Below the pieces are notes generated by a model. The model was not told where the DNA came from and did no database searches. It was given only the letters and a program-made list of their open reading frames with translations. DNA of 64,000 nucleotides, taken from assembly GCA_018830005.1 (NCBI GenBank), contig JAHJTE010000001.1, positions 65,332 to 129,331 of the forward strand, read 5' to 3'. Source of the stretch: Candidatus Omnitrophota bacterium (GTDB lineage: Bacteria > Omnitrophota > Gorgyraeia > JAHJTE01). Made by a program: the position numbers and the translations under genes. Of this stretch, positions 1-8,453 are shown piece after piece (position 1 is the stretch's first letter; each line of letters begins with the position of its first letter).

Positions 1-2
1 TT

Positions 3-893
3 TTTAATATGATAAAGACCATACCCGGCTACAGGGAATTAGATATAAGTTTCTGGTTTTTGTTGTTCTTTTCAGTATTTTTCGGGATATTAATAGGCGA
101 TGCTGGATACGGATTAGTATTTTTGCTTATTAATTTAGTTTGTCATATAAAGTTTAAAGACTCGCGCTTGGATAAGTCTGTATTTTTCCTTATGTATGTT
201 TTAAGCTCTTCTGCCATAATCTGGGGAGTGTTATCCGCTACATTTTTTGGCAAGGCATATCTTCCTGCAGGAGTCGGACCGCTGCTTCCTTTTTTAAAAG
301 AACATTCCAATGTCCAGGCCCTGTGTTTTTTTATAGGCGCCCTGCATTTAAGTATTGCACATTTTTGGAGACTCCTGCGTAAGTTACCAGGATTAAATGC
401 CGCCTCTGAGGCTGGCTGGATAGCAGTGCTCTGGGCAGCGTACTTTTTGGCAAGGCTGTTAATTCTAGGGGCTAGTTTTCCTGTCTTTGCTAAATGGCTG
501 TTTGGCACAGGAACCGCATTAATAATTTTATTTTCAAGTCCAAGGAAAAATATCCTCAAAGGTATTGGCTTCGGAATTGGAGATTTTCTTCTTCATGTTA
601 TAAATAGTTTTACAGATGTTGTATCATACATTAGATTATTTGCAGTAGGAGTCGCAACTGTTGCAGTTGCAGATGCCTTCAATCAGATGGCCTCTTCCAT
701 AGGATATAATAATCTATTGATGGGATTTCTGACAGCGCTGATTCTCTTATTCGGACATACCTTAAATATTCTTTTGGGTGCAATGGCAATTTTGGTTCAT
801 GGCGTTAGATTGAATGTCTTGGAATTTTCCAGCCACTTAAATATGGAATGGTCAGGTACAGAATACGCACCGTTTAAAATCAGGGAGGAATAA
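3..893 (+). CDS. ntpI: V-type ATP synthase subunit I (a-subunit), C-terminal part; the 5' end lies upstream of the window
   Basis: Polytopic membrane protein ending in the conserved SYIRLFAV... stretch with the essential Arg of V/A-type a-subunits. The open frame continues to the window edge and the proteolipid gene follows immediately. Confidence 0.7.
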   Translation, partial: FNMIKTIPGYRELDISFWFLLFFSVFFGILIGDAGYGLVFLLINLVCHIKFKDSRLDKSVFFLMYVLSSSAIIWGVLSATFFGKAYLPAGVGPLLPFLKEHSNVQALCFFIGALHLSIAHFWRLLRKLPGLNAASEAGWIAVLWAAYFLARLLILGASFPVFAKWLFGTGTALIILFSSPRKNILKGIGFGIGDFLLHVINSFTDVVSYIRLFAVGVATVAVADAFNQMASSIGYNNLLMGFLTALILLFGHTLNILLGAMAILVHGVRLNVLEFSSHLNMEWSGTEYAPFKIREE

Positions 894-895
894 AA

Positions 896-1345
896 ATGGA
901 TACAAGCTTATTAGTACAGTTTAAGGATTTAGGTGTTGCAGCATCACTTGCGTTTGCAGCAATGGGCTCTGCCTTAGGTTCTGGTGCAGCGGGTATGGCT
1001 GCGGTTGGTTCTTGGAAAAAATGTTTTGCCCAGAACAAAAATGCACCCTTTATCCTTACTGTCTTCGTAGGAGCGCCGCTTTCTCAGACAATTTACGGCA
1101 TGATAGTGATGAATGCGCTCCTAGAGTTAGCAAGCAAAGGCCAATTTATGTGGGCAGCAGGAATTCTGGGTGGCATGGCAATGGGGCTGTCTGCCTGGAT
1201 GCAGGGCAAGGCTGGCGCAGCTGCCTCTGATGCAATGGCAGAGACAGGCAAGGGCTTTGGTAATTACCTTATGGTTCTGGGTATAATTGAGACAGTAGCG
1301 CTGTTTGTGATGGTGTTTATTCTCATGGCAGCAGGCAAGATGTAA
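896..1345 (+). CDS. ntpK: V-type ATP synthase proteolipid subunit K
   Basis: 149 aa hydrophobic protein rich in Gly and Ala (GSALGSGAAGMAAVG), the double-hairpin proteolipid type. Placement directly after subunit I. Confidence 0.75.
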   Translation: MDTSLLVQFKDLGVAASLAFAAMGSALGSGAAGMAAVGSWKKCFAQNKNAPFILTVFVGAPLSQTIYGMIVMNALLELASKGQFMWAAGILGGMAMGLSAWMQGKAGAAASDAMAETGKGFGNYLMVLGIIETVALFVMVFILMAAGKM

Positions 1346-1367
1346 AATCATAAGAAACAGGAAAATT

Positions 1368-1709
1368 ATGACTGATTCTTTTAAGGATTGCATATTCTGC
1401 AAAATTATTAAAAAGGAAATTCCGGCAAAGATTGTTTTTGAAAACGATACAGTCCTAGCCTTTCCGGATATCAACCCTAAGGCAAAAACGCATATCTTAA
1501 TAATTCCCAAAGAACATCGAAAAGGATTGTCTGCGCTGGAAGAGAATGATATTTCATTATCCGGCAGGCTAATGGTTGCAGTCGCTGATGTGGCCAAAAA
1601 GATCAAGCTGGATAGCTACCGGGTGATTATTAATGTTGGTCCGGATGCTGGTCAGACGATTTTTCATTTACATCTGCACCTTATGTCACCTGATGGTGGT
1701 ATGGTCTAG
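1368..1709 (+). CDS. HIT family protein (histidine triad nucleotide-binding)
   Basis: C-terminal HLHLHLM histidine-triad motif. About 113 aa, a Hint-like length. Confidence 0.85.
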   Translation: MTDSFKDCIFCKIIKKEIPAKIVFENDTVLAFPDINPKAKTHILIIPKEHRKGLSALEENDISLSGRLMVAVADVAKKIKLDSYRVIINVGPDAGQTIFHLHLHLMSPDGGMV

Positions 1710-1816
1710 GATTTCTTATCTCTCTATAGCCGCAATCTAAAAAAGGTATCTCGCTTTATTAAGGTAGGAGAAATGACAGCGAGAAGGGACTTGAAATTGC
1801 TAGAAGAGAGTAAATT

Positions 1817-2611
1817 ATGAAGATATTTGTTTTTATCGTAAGCTTTATTCTTTTCTTGGTTTTCTACACAAGATATATAGAGAAAAGAAGTATATTTTTT
1901 CCCTTTAAAGAGATAGAGGTTACGCCGCAGGATATAGGCCTAGGCTTTGAAGAGGTAAATTTAAAAACCCCAGACGGAGAAAATATTCATGGCTGGTATG
2001 TGCCAGCTGGAGCCAATAAAAAGGTTTTGCTTTTTTTGCATGGCAATGGCGGCAACATCAGCCACAGACTAGAAAAAATAGCAATCTTTAATGAAATCGG
2101 CATAACCACATTCATTATTGACTATCGGGGATACGGAAGAAGCACTGGCAGGCCAACTGAAGACGGAATATATCTAGATGCCCACACAGCCTATAACTAT
2201 CTTGTTAAAGAGAAAGGCATAACCGCTGATGAGATTATAGTCTTTGGAGAATCCTTAGGGGCTCAAGCGGCGATTGATTTGGCAGGCAAAGAAAGAATAG
2301 CTGCGCTTATTATAGAAGCAGCGTTTACATCTGCTAAGGATATGGCGCGTGCTATCTACCCGTTCTTACCTACAATTTTTTTGTCTGTGCGTTTTGATTC
2401 GGCGGCTAAGATTCCTAATATAGATTGCCATAAACTGATAATTCACAGTCGTAATGACGAAATCGTTCCTTTTAAATTAGGTAAAAAATTATATGAGAAA
2501 GCTCGCCAGCCCAAAGAATTCTTAGAGATTATCGGAGCGCACAACAACGCAGTCTTTGATTCAAAAGAATTATTTGCAGCAAGAGTTAAAGAATTTATAA
2601 ATAAATTATAG
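1817..2611 (+). CDS. alpha/beta hydrolase (S33/BEM46-like serine hydrolase)
   Basis: HGNGGN oxyanion region and a GESLG nucleophile elbow. N-terminal TM anchor. Confidence 0.7.
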   Translation: MKIFVFIVSFILFLVFYTRYIEKRSIFFPFKEIEVTPQDIGLGFEEVNLKTPDGENIHGWYVPAGANKKVLLFLHGNGGNISHRLEKIAIFNEIGITTFIIDYRGYGRSTGRPTEDGIYLDAHTAYNYLVKEKGITADEIIVFGESLGAQAAIDLAGKERIAALIIEAAFTSAKDMARAIYPFLPTIFLSVRFDSAAKIPNIDCHKLIIHSRNDEIVPFKLGKKLYEKARQPKEFLEIIGAHNNAVFDSKELFAARVKEFINKL

Positions 2612-2622
2612 CAAGACTAGAT

Positions 2623-3165
2623 ATGGGATTGATTATCAGAGAGCCCTATGTCCTTATCAGACGCTGGCGTTTATTTTTTGCCTATGTCGCTTTTATTTAC
2701 ATAAGCCTGCCCTTTGCCCCTGGCATCTGGGAAAGGCTTATAGCCAATTTCGGCAATAGGGTAGAATCATCTCTTTTTGTTATAGTTGTTCTCGCTGGCA
2801 CCCTTATAATCTTTAAATTTTTATCGTTAAGAAGACAGCAAACATTAGTTGGGATATTGATTATTTGTGTTGTTTTTTCTCTTTTTTTAGTTATCTTGCG
2901 CAGTCTCAAACTTCCCGCAGAAAGAATTCATTTATTTGAATATGTAATATTACCGCTGTTCATCTACCGCTCTCTCAAGAAAGAGCAGAAGATAAGCACT
3001 ATATATGTCAAGATTTTTGTAATTGGCTTTATCGCTGGATTCATTGATGAGGTAATTCAGTATATGCTTCCTAATCGAGTTTTTGATGTGAAGGATATAC
3101 TTTTGAATGGCAACGGTGTATTATTGGGTCAAGGTCTCCTATATTGCTTTAAGCATTTGTCTTGA
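2623..3165 (+). CDS. VanZ-like family membrane protein
   Basis: Four TM helices. C-terminal IDEVIQY...PNRVFDVKDILLNGNGV matches the VanZ signature. Confidence 0.5.
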   Translation: MGLIIREPYVLIRRWRLFFAYVAFIYISLPFAPGIWERLIANFGNRVESSLFVIVVLAGTLIIFKFLSLRRQQTLVGILIICVVFSLFLVILRSLKLPAERIHLFEYVILPLFIYRSLKKEQKISTIYVKIFVIGFIAGFIDEVIQYMLPNRVFDVKDILLNGNGVLLGQGLLYCFKHLS

Positions 3166-3181
3166 TACCTAACAAATAGGA

Positions 3182-3210
3182 TTTTCTGATACTAGCATTA
3201 GTGCTATAAT
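3182..3210 (+). promoter_or_regulatory. putative sigma70 promoter with extended -10 (TGcTATAAT) for the 3227 gene
   Basis: TGCTATAAT at 3202-3210, 17 nt upstream of the ATG region. The -35 is weak (ttttct). Confidence 0.3.
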
Positions 3211-3226
3211 ACATACACAGGAAGAT

Positions 3227-4156
3227 ATGGTTGAGGTTCAGGCAAATAAAGGAACGATAAAAGATAGGCTTTCTAGTCTGTCTACTTTTCCTGATGAGCG
3301 AGGAATCAAGTTAGAAGATAAACAGACCTTTGATGCGCTTTTTAGGCAATTGCAGCCTGAGATTTCCGAATTTAGTTTTACTAATCTTTTTTGCTGGCAA
3401 GAGGCATACTCACTTGCCATATCAAGATTAGACGACTTTTTAATCATCTCTTCAAAGCAAGACGATGACGTGTTGTTTTTTGCGCCTCTTGGCAATGGCG
3501 ATTTAAAAGGGATAGTTAGAGTTTGTCTAAAGCAGGTTCCGGGTGCTAGGGTTTTTCGTGTTCCTGCCTCTCTTGCCTTGCTCTTTTCCAATGAGGCAGG
3601 TTTTAAAATAAAAGAAGACCGCGATAATTATGATTATATTTACCGCAGGGTTGATTTGGTCGAGCTCAAGGGCAAAAAGTATGATGCAAAAAGAAATTTC
3701 ATCAGGCGCTTTATTAACACATACAAGCCTGTTTTGAGGAAGATGTCAGAGGCTGACATAGAAAATTGCCTCAAGTTTCAAGAAGAGTGGTGCGATTATA
3801 GGTCTTGTGGCAACGATGCTGGCTTGATGAGAGAAAAAGAAGCAATTAGAGAAATGCTTTCTAATTTTGAGGCACTTCAACTCTCCGGGGTTGTTATTGA
3901 AATCAACGCAAAATTAGAGGCATTTAGTTTGGGTGAAAAACTCAATGATACTACATTCGTCGTGCACGCAGAAAAAGGCAATGGGAAATTCGTTGGTATA
4001 TATCAGGCAATTAATAATTTTTTTGCCTCTAGTATCCCTGAGAGTTTTTCCTTTATAAATCGCGAGCAAGATTTAGGCCTGATGAATTTAAGAAAAGCAA
4101 AGACTTCATATCAACCGCATACTTTCATTAAAAAGTTTATTGTTTCAAAGAGCTAA
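3227..4156 (+). CDS. DUF2156-like protein (MprF C-terminal lysyl-transferase-like domain; GNAT-type fold)
   Basis: FSFTNLFCWQEAY and the overall 300 aa architecture resemble the LPG_synthase_C/DUF2156 family. Motif-level judgment only. Confidence 0.4.
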   Translation: MVEVQANKGTIKDRLSSLSTFPDERGIKLEDKQTFDALFRQLQPEISEFSFTNLFCWQEAYSLAISRLDDFLIISSKQDDDVLFFAPLGNGDLKGIVRVCLKQVPGARVFRVPASLALLFSNEAGFKIKEDRDNYDYIYRRVDLVELKGKKYDAKRNFIRRFINTYKPVLRKMSEADIENCLKFQEEWCDYRSCGNDAGLMREKEAIREMLSNFEALQLSGVVIEINAKLEAFSLGEKLNDTTFVVHAEKGNGKFVGIYQAINNFFASSIPESFSFINREQDLGLMNLRKAKTSYQPHTFIKKFIVSKS

Positions 4157-4163
4157 AAAATTT

Positions 4164-4682
4164 ATGTTGCAAAAAATATTATTGAATTTAGGAATTATTT
4201 TCTTAATCCTAGGAGGTGCAGCTATGGCCTTAGAGATAGAGAGCCCCGCATTCAAAGCAGGAGAATTTATACCAAAAAAATATACATGCGAGGCAGATGA
4301 TATCTCTCCTCCTCTTTTTTGGAAAGATGCTCCAGAAGGAACAAAAAGCTTTATCTTAATTAATGATGATCCGGATGCGCCTGGTGGAGATTGGGTGCAC
4401 TGGTTAGTTTATAATATACCGGTCCAAGTAAACCGTCTAGAAGAGAATATGCAAAAAATGCACTTTATGGCTAATGCGATGCAAGGGCTTACAAGTTTTG
4501 GCAGTGTCGGCTATGGCGGGCCGTGTCCTCCACCGGGCAAGCCACACCGTTATTTCTTTAAGCTTTACGCCTTGGATACTGTTTTAGGTTTAAAGCCAGG
4601 TGCAAACAAGAAATCATTGCTTAAAGCAATGCAAGGACATATTTTGGCAGAGGCAGAATTAGTTGGTTTATACAAAAGATAG
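4164..4682 (+). CDS. YbhB/YbcL family PEBP (Raf kinase inhibitor-like) protein, secreted
   Basis: Signal peptide, then DDPDAPGGDWVHWLVYNIP and GYGGPCPPPGKPHRY PEBP motifs. ATG at 4164 chosen over the upstream in-frame start because of the signal peptide. Confidence 0.75.
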   Translation: MLQKILLNLGIIFLILGGAAMALEIESPAFKAGEFIPKKYTCEADDISPPLFWKDAPEGTKSFILINDDPDAPGGDWVHWLVYNIPVQVNRLEENMQKMHFMANAMQGLTSFGSVGYGGPCPPPGKPHRYFFKLYALDTVLGLKPGANKKSLLKAMQGHILAEAELVGLYKR

Positions 4683-4694
4683 AGGCAATAATTT

Positions 4695-5486
4695 ATGGAT
4701 AAAATTATAAAAGTTCTTGAGAAGATAGGTAGTTATGTTATTCATGCCCTCCAACTTGCCGGCGCAATAATTTGTTTTCTTATTGATGTCTTTGCTACTG
4801 TTTTTCGAAGGGGCCTGCGGCCTCGTCAGATAGCTGACCAGATATATGAACTAGGCGTGAGTGCATTCTGGATTGTAAGTATTGCCTCTTTGGCTACGGG
4901 AATGGTGTTGGCTGTTCAGTCTGCCGTAGTTTTAGTGCGCTTTGCGGCAACAGAATATATCGCCAAATTGGTTGCCCTATCTTTAGTTAGAGAGTTAGGT
5001 CCGGTATTGACAAGTCTCATTTTTATCGGCAAATCCGGGGCAAAGGTTTCTGCTGAGATTGGGGCGATGAATGTCAACGAACAGATTTTAGCCACGCGTG
5101 CCTTGGGGATTGACCCCATTGATTTTTTTGGTATCAGCAGAATTTTAGCTTGTATAATAGTGTTGCCACTTCTTGTCTTTTGGTGTGAGATTTTGGGAAT
5201 CTTGGGAGGAATGCTTATAACGGTTTTACAAGAAGGTGTAAGCTGTTTTTCTTATATAAATCAGACATTCGATTCTATACGCATTGTTGATTTTGTCGGC
5301 GGTATGGTTAAAACGCTATTTTTCTCCCTAATTATCGGGATAATCTGCTGTTATAAAGGGTTTCGAACAAGGGGTGGTTCCATTGGAGTTGGCAAATATA
5401 CAACTGAGGCTGTAGCGCTTTCAAGCATCTTGGTTATAGTTTCTAATTTCTTATTGACAAAAATAATTATTAATTTCTGGGGGTAG
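4695..5486 (+). CDS. mlaE: MlaE-type ABC transporter permease
   Basis: 263 aa, five TM, MlaE/TTG2B architecture. Sits next to the MlaF and MlaD genes. Confidence 0.8.
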   Translation: MDKIIKVLEKIGSYVIHALQLAGAIICFLIDVFATVFRRGLRPRQIADQIYELGVSAFWIVSIASLATGMVLAVQSAVVLVRFAATEYIAKLVALSLVRELGPVLTSLIFIGKSGAKVSAEIGAMNVNEQILATRALGIDPIDFFGISRILACIIVLPLLVFWCEILGILGGMLITVLQEGVSCFSYINQTFDSIRIVDFVGGMVKTLFFSLIIGIICCYKGFRTRGGSIGVGKYTTEAVALSSILVIVSNFLLTKIIINFWG

Positions 5487-5489
5487 GAG

Positions 5490-5831
5490 ATGACTAATAG
5501 AATATTTATTCTTATAGGCCTAATGCTTCTTGTGATTATTTTTACAGGTTGCGCTTCTGGTTCTTGGGCTAGGATAAGAGGAGACTATGCAATAAAAGAG
5601 GCTGATTGGATTAGAGAGGGAAGCCCTATAATCTATGAGAGTAAGAGTTTGTATCCTACTGAACACGTTGAGAACCATCTGGATAGGGAAATGGAATATG
5701 TAGGAGAATTCCAGCAGGTTCCTTTTTACGTAGAGCTGCGCCAGATAAAACCTTACAATCGGCTTTATACAAAATTTAACTATCATAAATACAGATTGTT
5801 TCTCTTAAAAGAAAAAAATGATAGAGATTAA
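5490..5831 (+). CDS. hypothetical lipoprotein
   Basis: Signal peptide with a lipobox (IFTGCASG). Inserted between mlaE and mlaF. Confidence 0.4.
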   Translation: MTNRIFILIGLMLLVIIFTGCASGSWARIRGDYAIKEADWIREGSPIIYESKSLYPTEHVENHLDREMEYVGEFQQVPFYVELRQIKPYNRLYTKFNYHKYRLFLLKEKNDRD

Positions 5832-6546
5832 AAACCTAACAAAGAGTTTTGACGGATATTTAGTCTTAGATAATATAAGTTTGAAGGTAGATACAGGAGG
5901 ATTCTTTACGCTTATGGGCGGAAGCGGTCAGGGTAAGTCTGTATTTTTACAACATATTATTGGCTTGCTTAAACCCGATTCCGGCACAATCTTTATTGAT
6001 AGCCAGGATGTTACAGGATTAAGTGAGAATGAACTTTTAGCCTTGCGGAGTGATGCTGGCTATCTTTTTCAGGAAGGAGCGCTTTTTGATTATCTGAATA
6101 TTTTTGATAATCTTGCTTTGCCGATAAGGGAACATACTAAAAAAGAAGAAGGCGAGATTCTTAAGATGGTTGAGGCGGCGTTAAGTGAGGTAGAGTTAGA
6201 AGGTATAGCTGAGAAATTTCCTGTTCAAATCAGCGTTGGTATGAGAAAGAGAGTCGCTTTAGCCAGGGCAATCATATTAAGGCCGAAAATATTATTATGC
6301 GATGAACCTACAGCTGGGCTTGATCCAGCAACAGGCTATTCGATTTCTCGCTTGATTTTGAAATTATGCCATGAATTAAATACTACAACCATTGTCGTAA
6401 CCCACGATTGTCTGAATTTTTTTGATATAAGTGGTAGCATCGCTATTATCCATGCGGGTAAGATCTTAGCTGTTGGCAATCAGGAAGAGATTAAGAGTAG
6501 TCAAGACCCAATAGTAAGAAAATTTATTCCCCAGCTTATTCATTAG
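5818..6546 (+). CDS. mlaF: MlaF-type ABC transporter ATP-binding protein
   Basis: Walker A (GGSGQGKS), Q-loop, ABC signature (SVGMRKR) and Walker B (ILLCDEPTAGLD). Confidence 0.8.
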   Translation: MIEIKNLTKSFDGYLVLDNISLKVDTGGFFTLMGGSGQGKSVFLQHIIGLLKPDSGTIFIDSQDVTGLSENELLALRSDAGYLFQEGALFDYLNIFDNLALPIREHTKKEEGEILKMVEAALSEVELEGIAEKFPVQISVGMRKRVALARAIILRPKILLCDEPTAGLDPATGYSISRLILKLCHELNTTTIVVTHDCLNFFDISGSIAIIHAGKILAVGNQEEIKSSQDPIVRKFIPQLIH

Positions 6547-6571
6547 TCACTGGTAAAATCGGAGGCTGATT

Positions 6572-7186
6572 ATGAAATCAAGGACAAATAAAGAAATTAT
6601 TGCCGGAGCATTTTTTGTTGTTAGTATATTTTTTATTATTATTGTTATCTTTTCATTAGGGGCAAAGGTAGGCATCGGAGAATCCAAATTTTACCAATAT
6701 GTACTCTTTAATGACATCGGAGGGCTAAAGATAGGTGCACCAGTGAGAATTTCAGGTGTAACAGTAGGCTCTGTTGTTGATATAGAGTTTATTAGGCCTG
6801 TCCAATCCGGACAGCGGGTCAGGGTTACCTTAAGCGTACTTTCCAAATACAAAAAGGAACTGGACGAACACTCCTTATACACAGTTAAGACCGAAGGATT
6901 GCTAGGAGATAAATTAATAGACATCCAGAAGAACCCTACTGCCATGCCAGTGCAACTATCAAAGAAAGGATATGTTATAGGTCAGGATGCAATTGATTTA
7001 TATAATCTGGCCGATGATTTTAGTGAGACAACAGAATATTTTAATTACCTATCTACAAAGATGGCAGGCCTTGTAGATGATTTGCAAATATTTACTCGTT
7101 TATCTGCCAGAACCGTAGAGCGGGTGGAAGATAAGGTCATTGAAGGTGGTCTTTTTAGTTTGTTCACCAAGAGTGGCGAGAAATAG
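6572..7186 (+). CDS. mlaD: MlaD (MCE-domain) protein
   Basis: N-terminal TM anchor plus an MCE domain (GLKIGAPVRISGVTVGSV). Confidence 0.75.
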   Translation: MKSRTNKEIIAGAFFVVSIFFIIIVIFSLGAKVGIGESKFYQYVLFNDIGGLKIGAPVRISGVTVGSVVDIEFIRPVQSGQRVRVTLSVLSKYKKELDEHSLYTVKTEGLLGDKLIDIQKNPTAMPVQLSKKGYVIGQDAIDLYNLADDFSETTEYFNYLSTKMAGLVDDLQIFTRLSARTVERVEDKVIEGGLFSLFTKSGEK

Positions 7187-7196
7187 TTGATAATAA

Positions 7197-7225
7197 TTGA
7201 CTTAAAACCCGTTATTCTTTATAAT
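7197..7225 (+). promoter_or_regulatory. near-consensus sigma70 promoter for the tRNA-Val/tRNA-Asp locus
   Basis: TTGACT (7197-7202), a 17 nt spacer, then TATAAT (7220-7225). This places +1 about 5 nt before tRNA-Val. Confidence 0.6.
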
Positions 7226-7236
7226 GCTAATTCCTG

Positions 7237-7310
7237 GGGCGGTTAGTTCAGTTGGTTAGAACGCCTGATTTACATTCAGGAGGTCACAGGTTCAAGTCCT
7301 GTATCGCCCA
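7237..7310 (+). tRNA. tRNA-Val (anticodon UAC)
   Basis: Hand-folded cloverleaf: acceptor GGGCGGT/ATCGCCC, anticodon stem CCTGA/TCAGG with loop TTTACAT, T-arm ACAGG-TTCAAGT-CCTGT. CCA is not encoded. Confidence 0.8.
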
Positions 7311-7333
7311 CGTATTTTAGGATGGTTTAAACG

Positions 7334-7412
7334 GGGGGTGTAGCGTAGTATGGTTTAACGCGTCAGATTGTCGATCTGAAGACCGAGGGTTCAAATCCCT
7401 TCACCCCCGCCA
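7334..7412 (+). tRNA. tRNA-Asp (anticodon GUC), CCA encoded
   Basis: Acceptor GGGGGTG/CACCCCC, anticodon stem TCAGA/TCTGA with loop TTGTCGA, T-loop TTCAAAT, then a 3' GCCA. Confidence 0.8.
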
Positions 7413-7507
7413 AGAAAATTAACTTGCGGTTGCTAGCAATAATCATAAAATAGAATAGATGTATTTAAAATAACTCTGCAGTATTTAGCAGAGTCGAGGA
7501 AGGTAGT

Positions 7508-7894
7508 ATGAAAGGATTAACGCTTGTAGAGCTAATGATTGTTTCTCTTATTTTAGTAGTTGCCATAGTGGCCTTATTGGTTGTTTTTATTAATGCCCTA
7601 AATCAAATTGCTCTTACAAAGGAAATAAATATTGCTACGGATGATCTTACGGATGTATTAGAGCGGATTAAGACTACTGCCTTTGTAGATCTTACTACTC
7701 AATTCCCTGATGGAGCAGTTATTAATTCTACCCTTATAGGAGGTTTTCTTCTGCAGGATGAGGCCATTGTTGTGCGTTACCCTCAAGGCACCAACGTTGA
7801 TCCTTTAGAGATAGAAGTTGAGTTGACTTGGACGAGTAAAGATAGTAGAGCGCGATCTCAAATCTTCAAGACGCTGAGGACGCAGATGCTATGA
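7508..7894 (+). CDS. prepilin-type N-terminal cleavage/methylation domain protein (type IV pseudopilin)
   Basis: MKG|LTLVELMIV class-III signal peptide with Glu at +5. About 128 aa. Confidence 0.65.
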   Translation: MKGLTLVELMIVSLILVVAIVALLVVFINALNQIALTKEINIATDDLTDVLERIKTTAFVDLTTQFPDGAVINSTLIGGFLLQDEAIVVRYPQGTNVDPLEIEVELTWTSKDSRARSQIFKTLRTQML

Positions 7895-8442
7895 ATAAAA
7901 CCGGCGTAACGCTAATTGAGATTTTAGTTGTTACTGTCATTATTGTGATACTAGTCGGTATATTAAGCTTTTCTCTCATTCAGGCGCGCTCTGTGTTTCA
8001 ATCAGGCGATATCTTGGTTTCTCTTCAGTCTGACGCACGCCTCGGTATTAATCATATGCTCACCGATTTAAGAAGGACGGCGTACACGCAGATGACAATC
8101 TTGCAAAACACGCCCTCTGCTGGTATAGATTCAATTACATATCACTTACCTCTTGATGGCGATTCTGATGGGCTCCCAGATATAGTCGCAGACGCATTGG
8201 TATGGGATACTACGGATATAACAATTAGCTTAGATACTGCCACTTCCTCTTTGATCAAGACCGTGAACTCCAATGAGACTGTCTTAGCTAATAATGTTAA
8301 AGATATAAATTTCTTCGACCACAATCTTGATGCGACATTATATTTGGATGAATTAAAGGTCATAATGGAATTAGAAAAGACAAGTAGCGAAGGCAGGACG
8401 CACAATTTTATCTCCACCAGTATAATAAATATGCGCAATTAA
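7891..8442 (+). CDS. prepilin-type N-terminal cleavage/methylation domain protein (pseudopilin)
   Basis: MNKTG|VTLIEILVV prepilin motif with Glu+5. Overlaps the previous gene by 4 nt, so the two are likely co-translated. Confidence 0.65.
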   Translation: MNKTGVTLIEILVVTVIIVILVGILSFSLIQARSVFQSGDILVSLQSDARLGINHMLTDLRRTAYTQMTILQNTPSAGIDSITYHLPLDGDSDGLPDIVADALVWDTTDITISLDTATSSLIKTVNSNETVLANNVKDINFFDHNLDATLYLDELKVIMELEKTSSEGRTHNFISTSIINMRN

Positions 8443-8453
8443 GGCAGGCTAAA

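Noticed and set aside
143-559. 138 aa minus-strand ORF inside the V-type ATPase I gene. Similar shadow ORFs occur at 1127-1606, 3238-3591, 24375-24809, 41733-42269, 46360-46734 and elsewhere.
   Set aside because: Each is antisense to a well-supported + strand CDS and has no motifs and no RBS. They are typical shadow ORFs.
1012-1230. 72 aa + strand ORF inside ntpK in another frame
   Set aside because: It is embedded in the proteolipid gene, and its Cys/Arg-rich translation is typical of an off-frame artefact.
7474-7493. CTCTGC-N8-GCAGAG hairpin after tRNA-Asp as an intrinsic terminator
   Set aside because: No U-tract follows (the next bases are TCGAGGAAGG). It is more likely a 5'-UTR or processing stem-loop.
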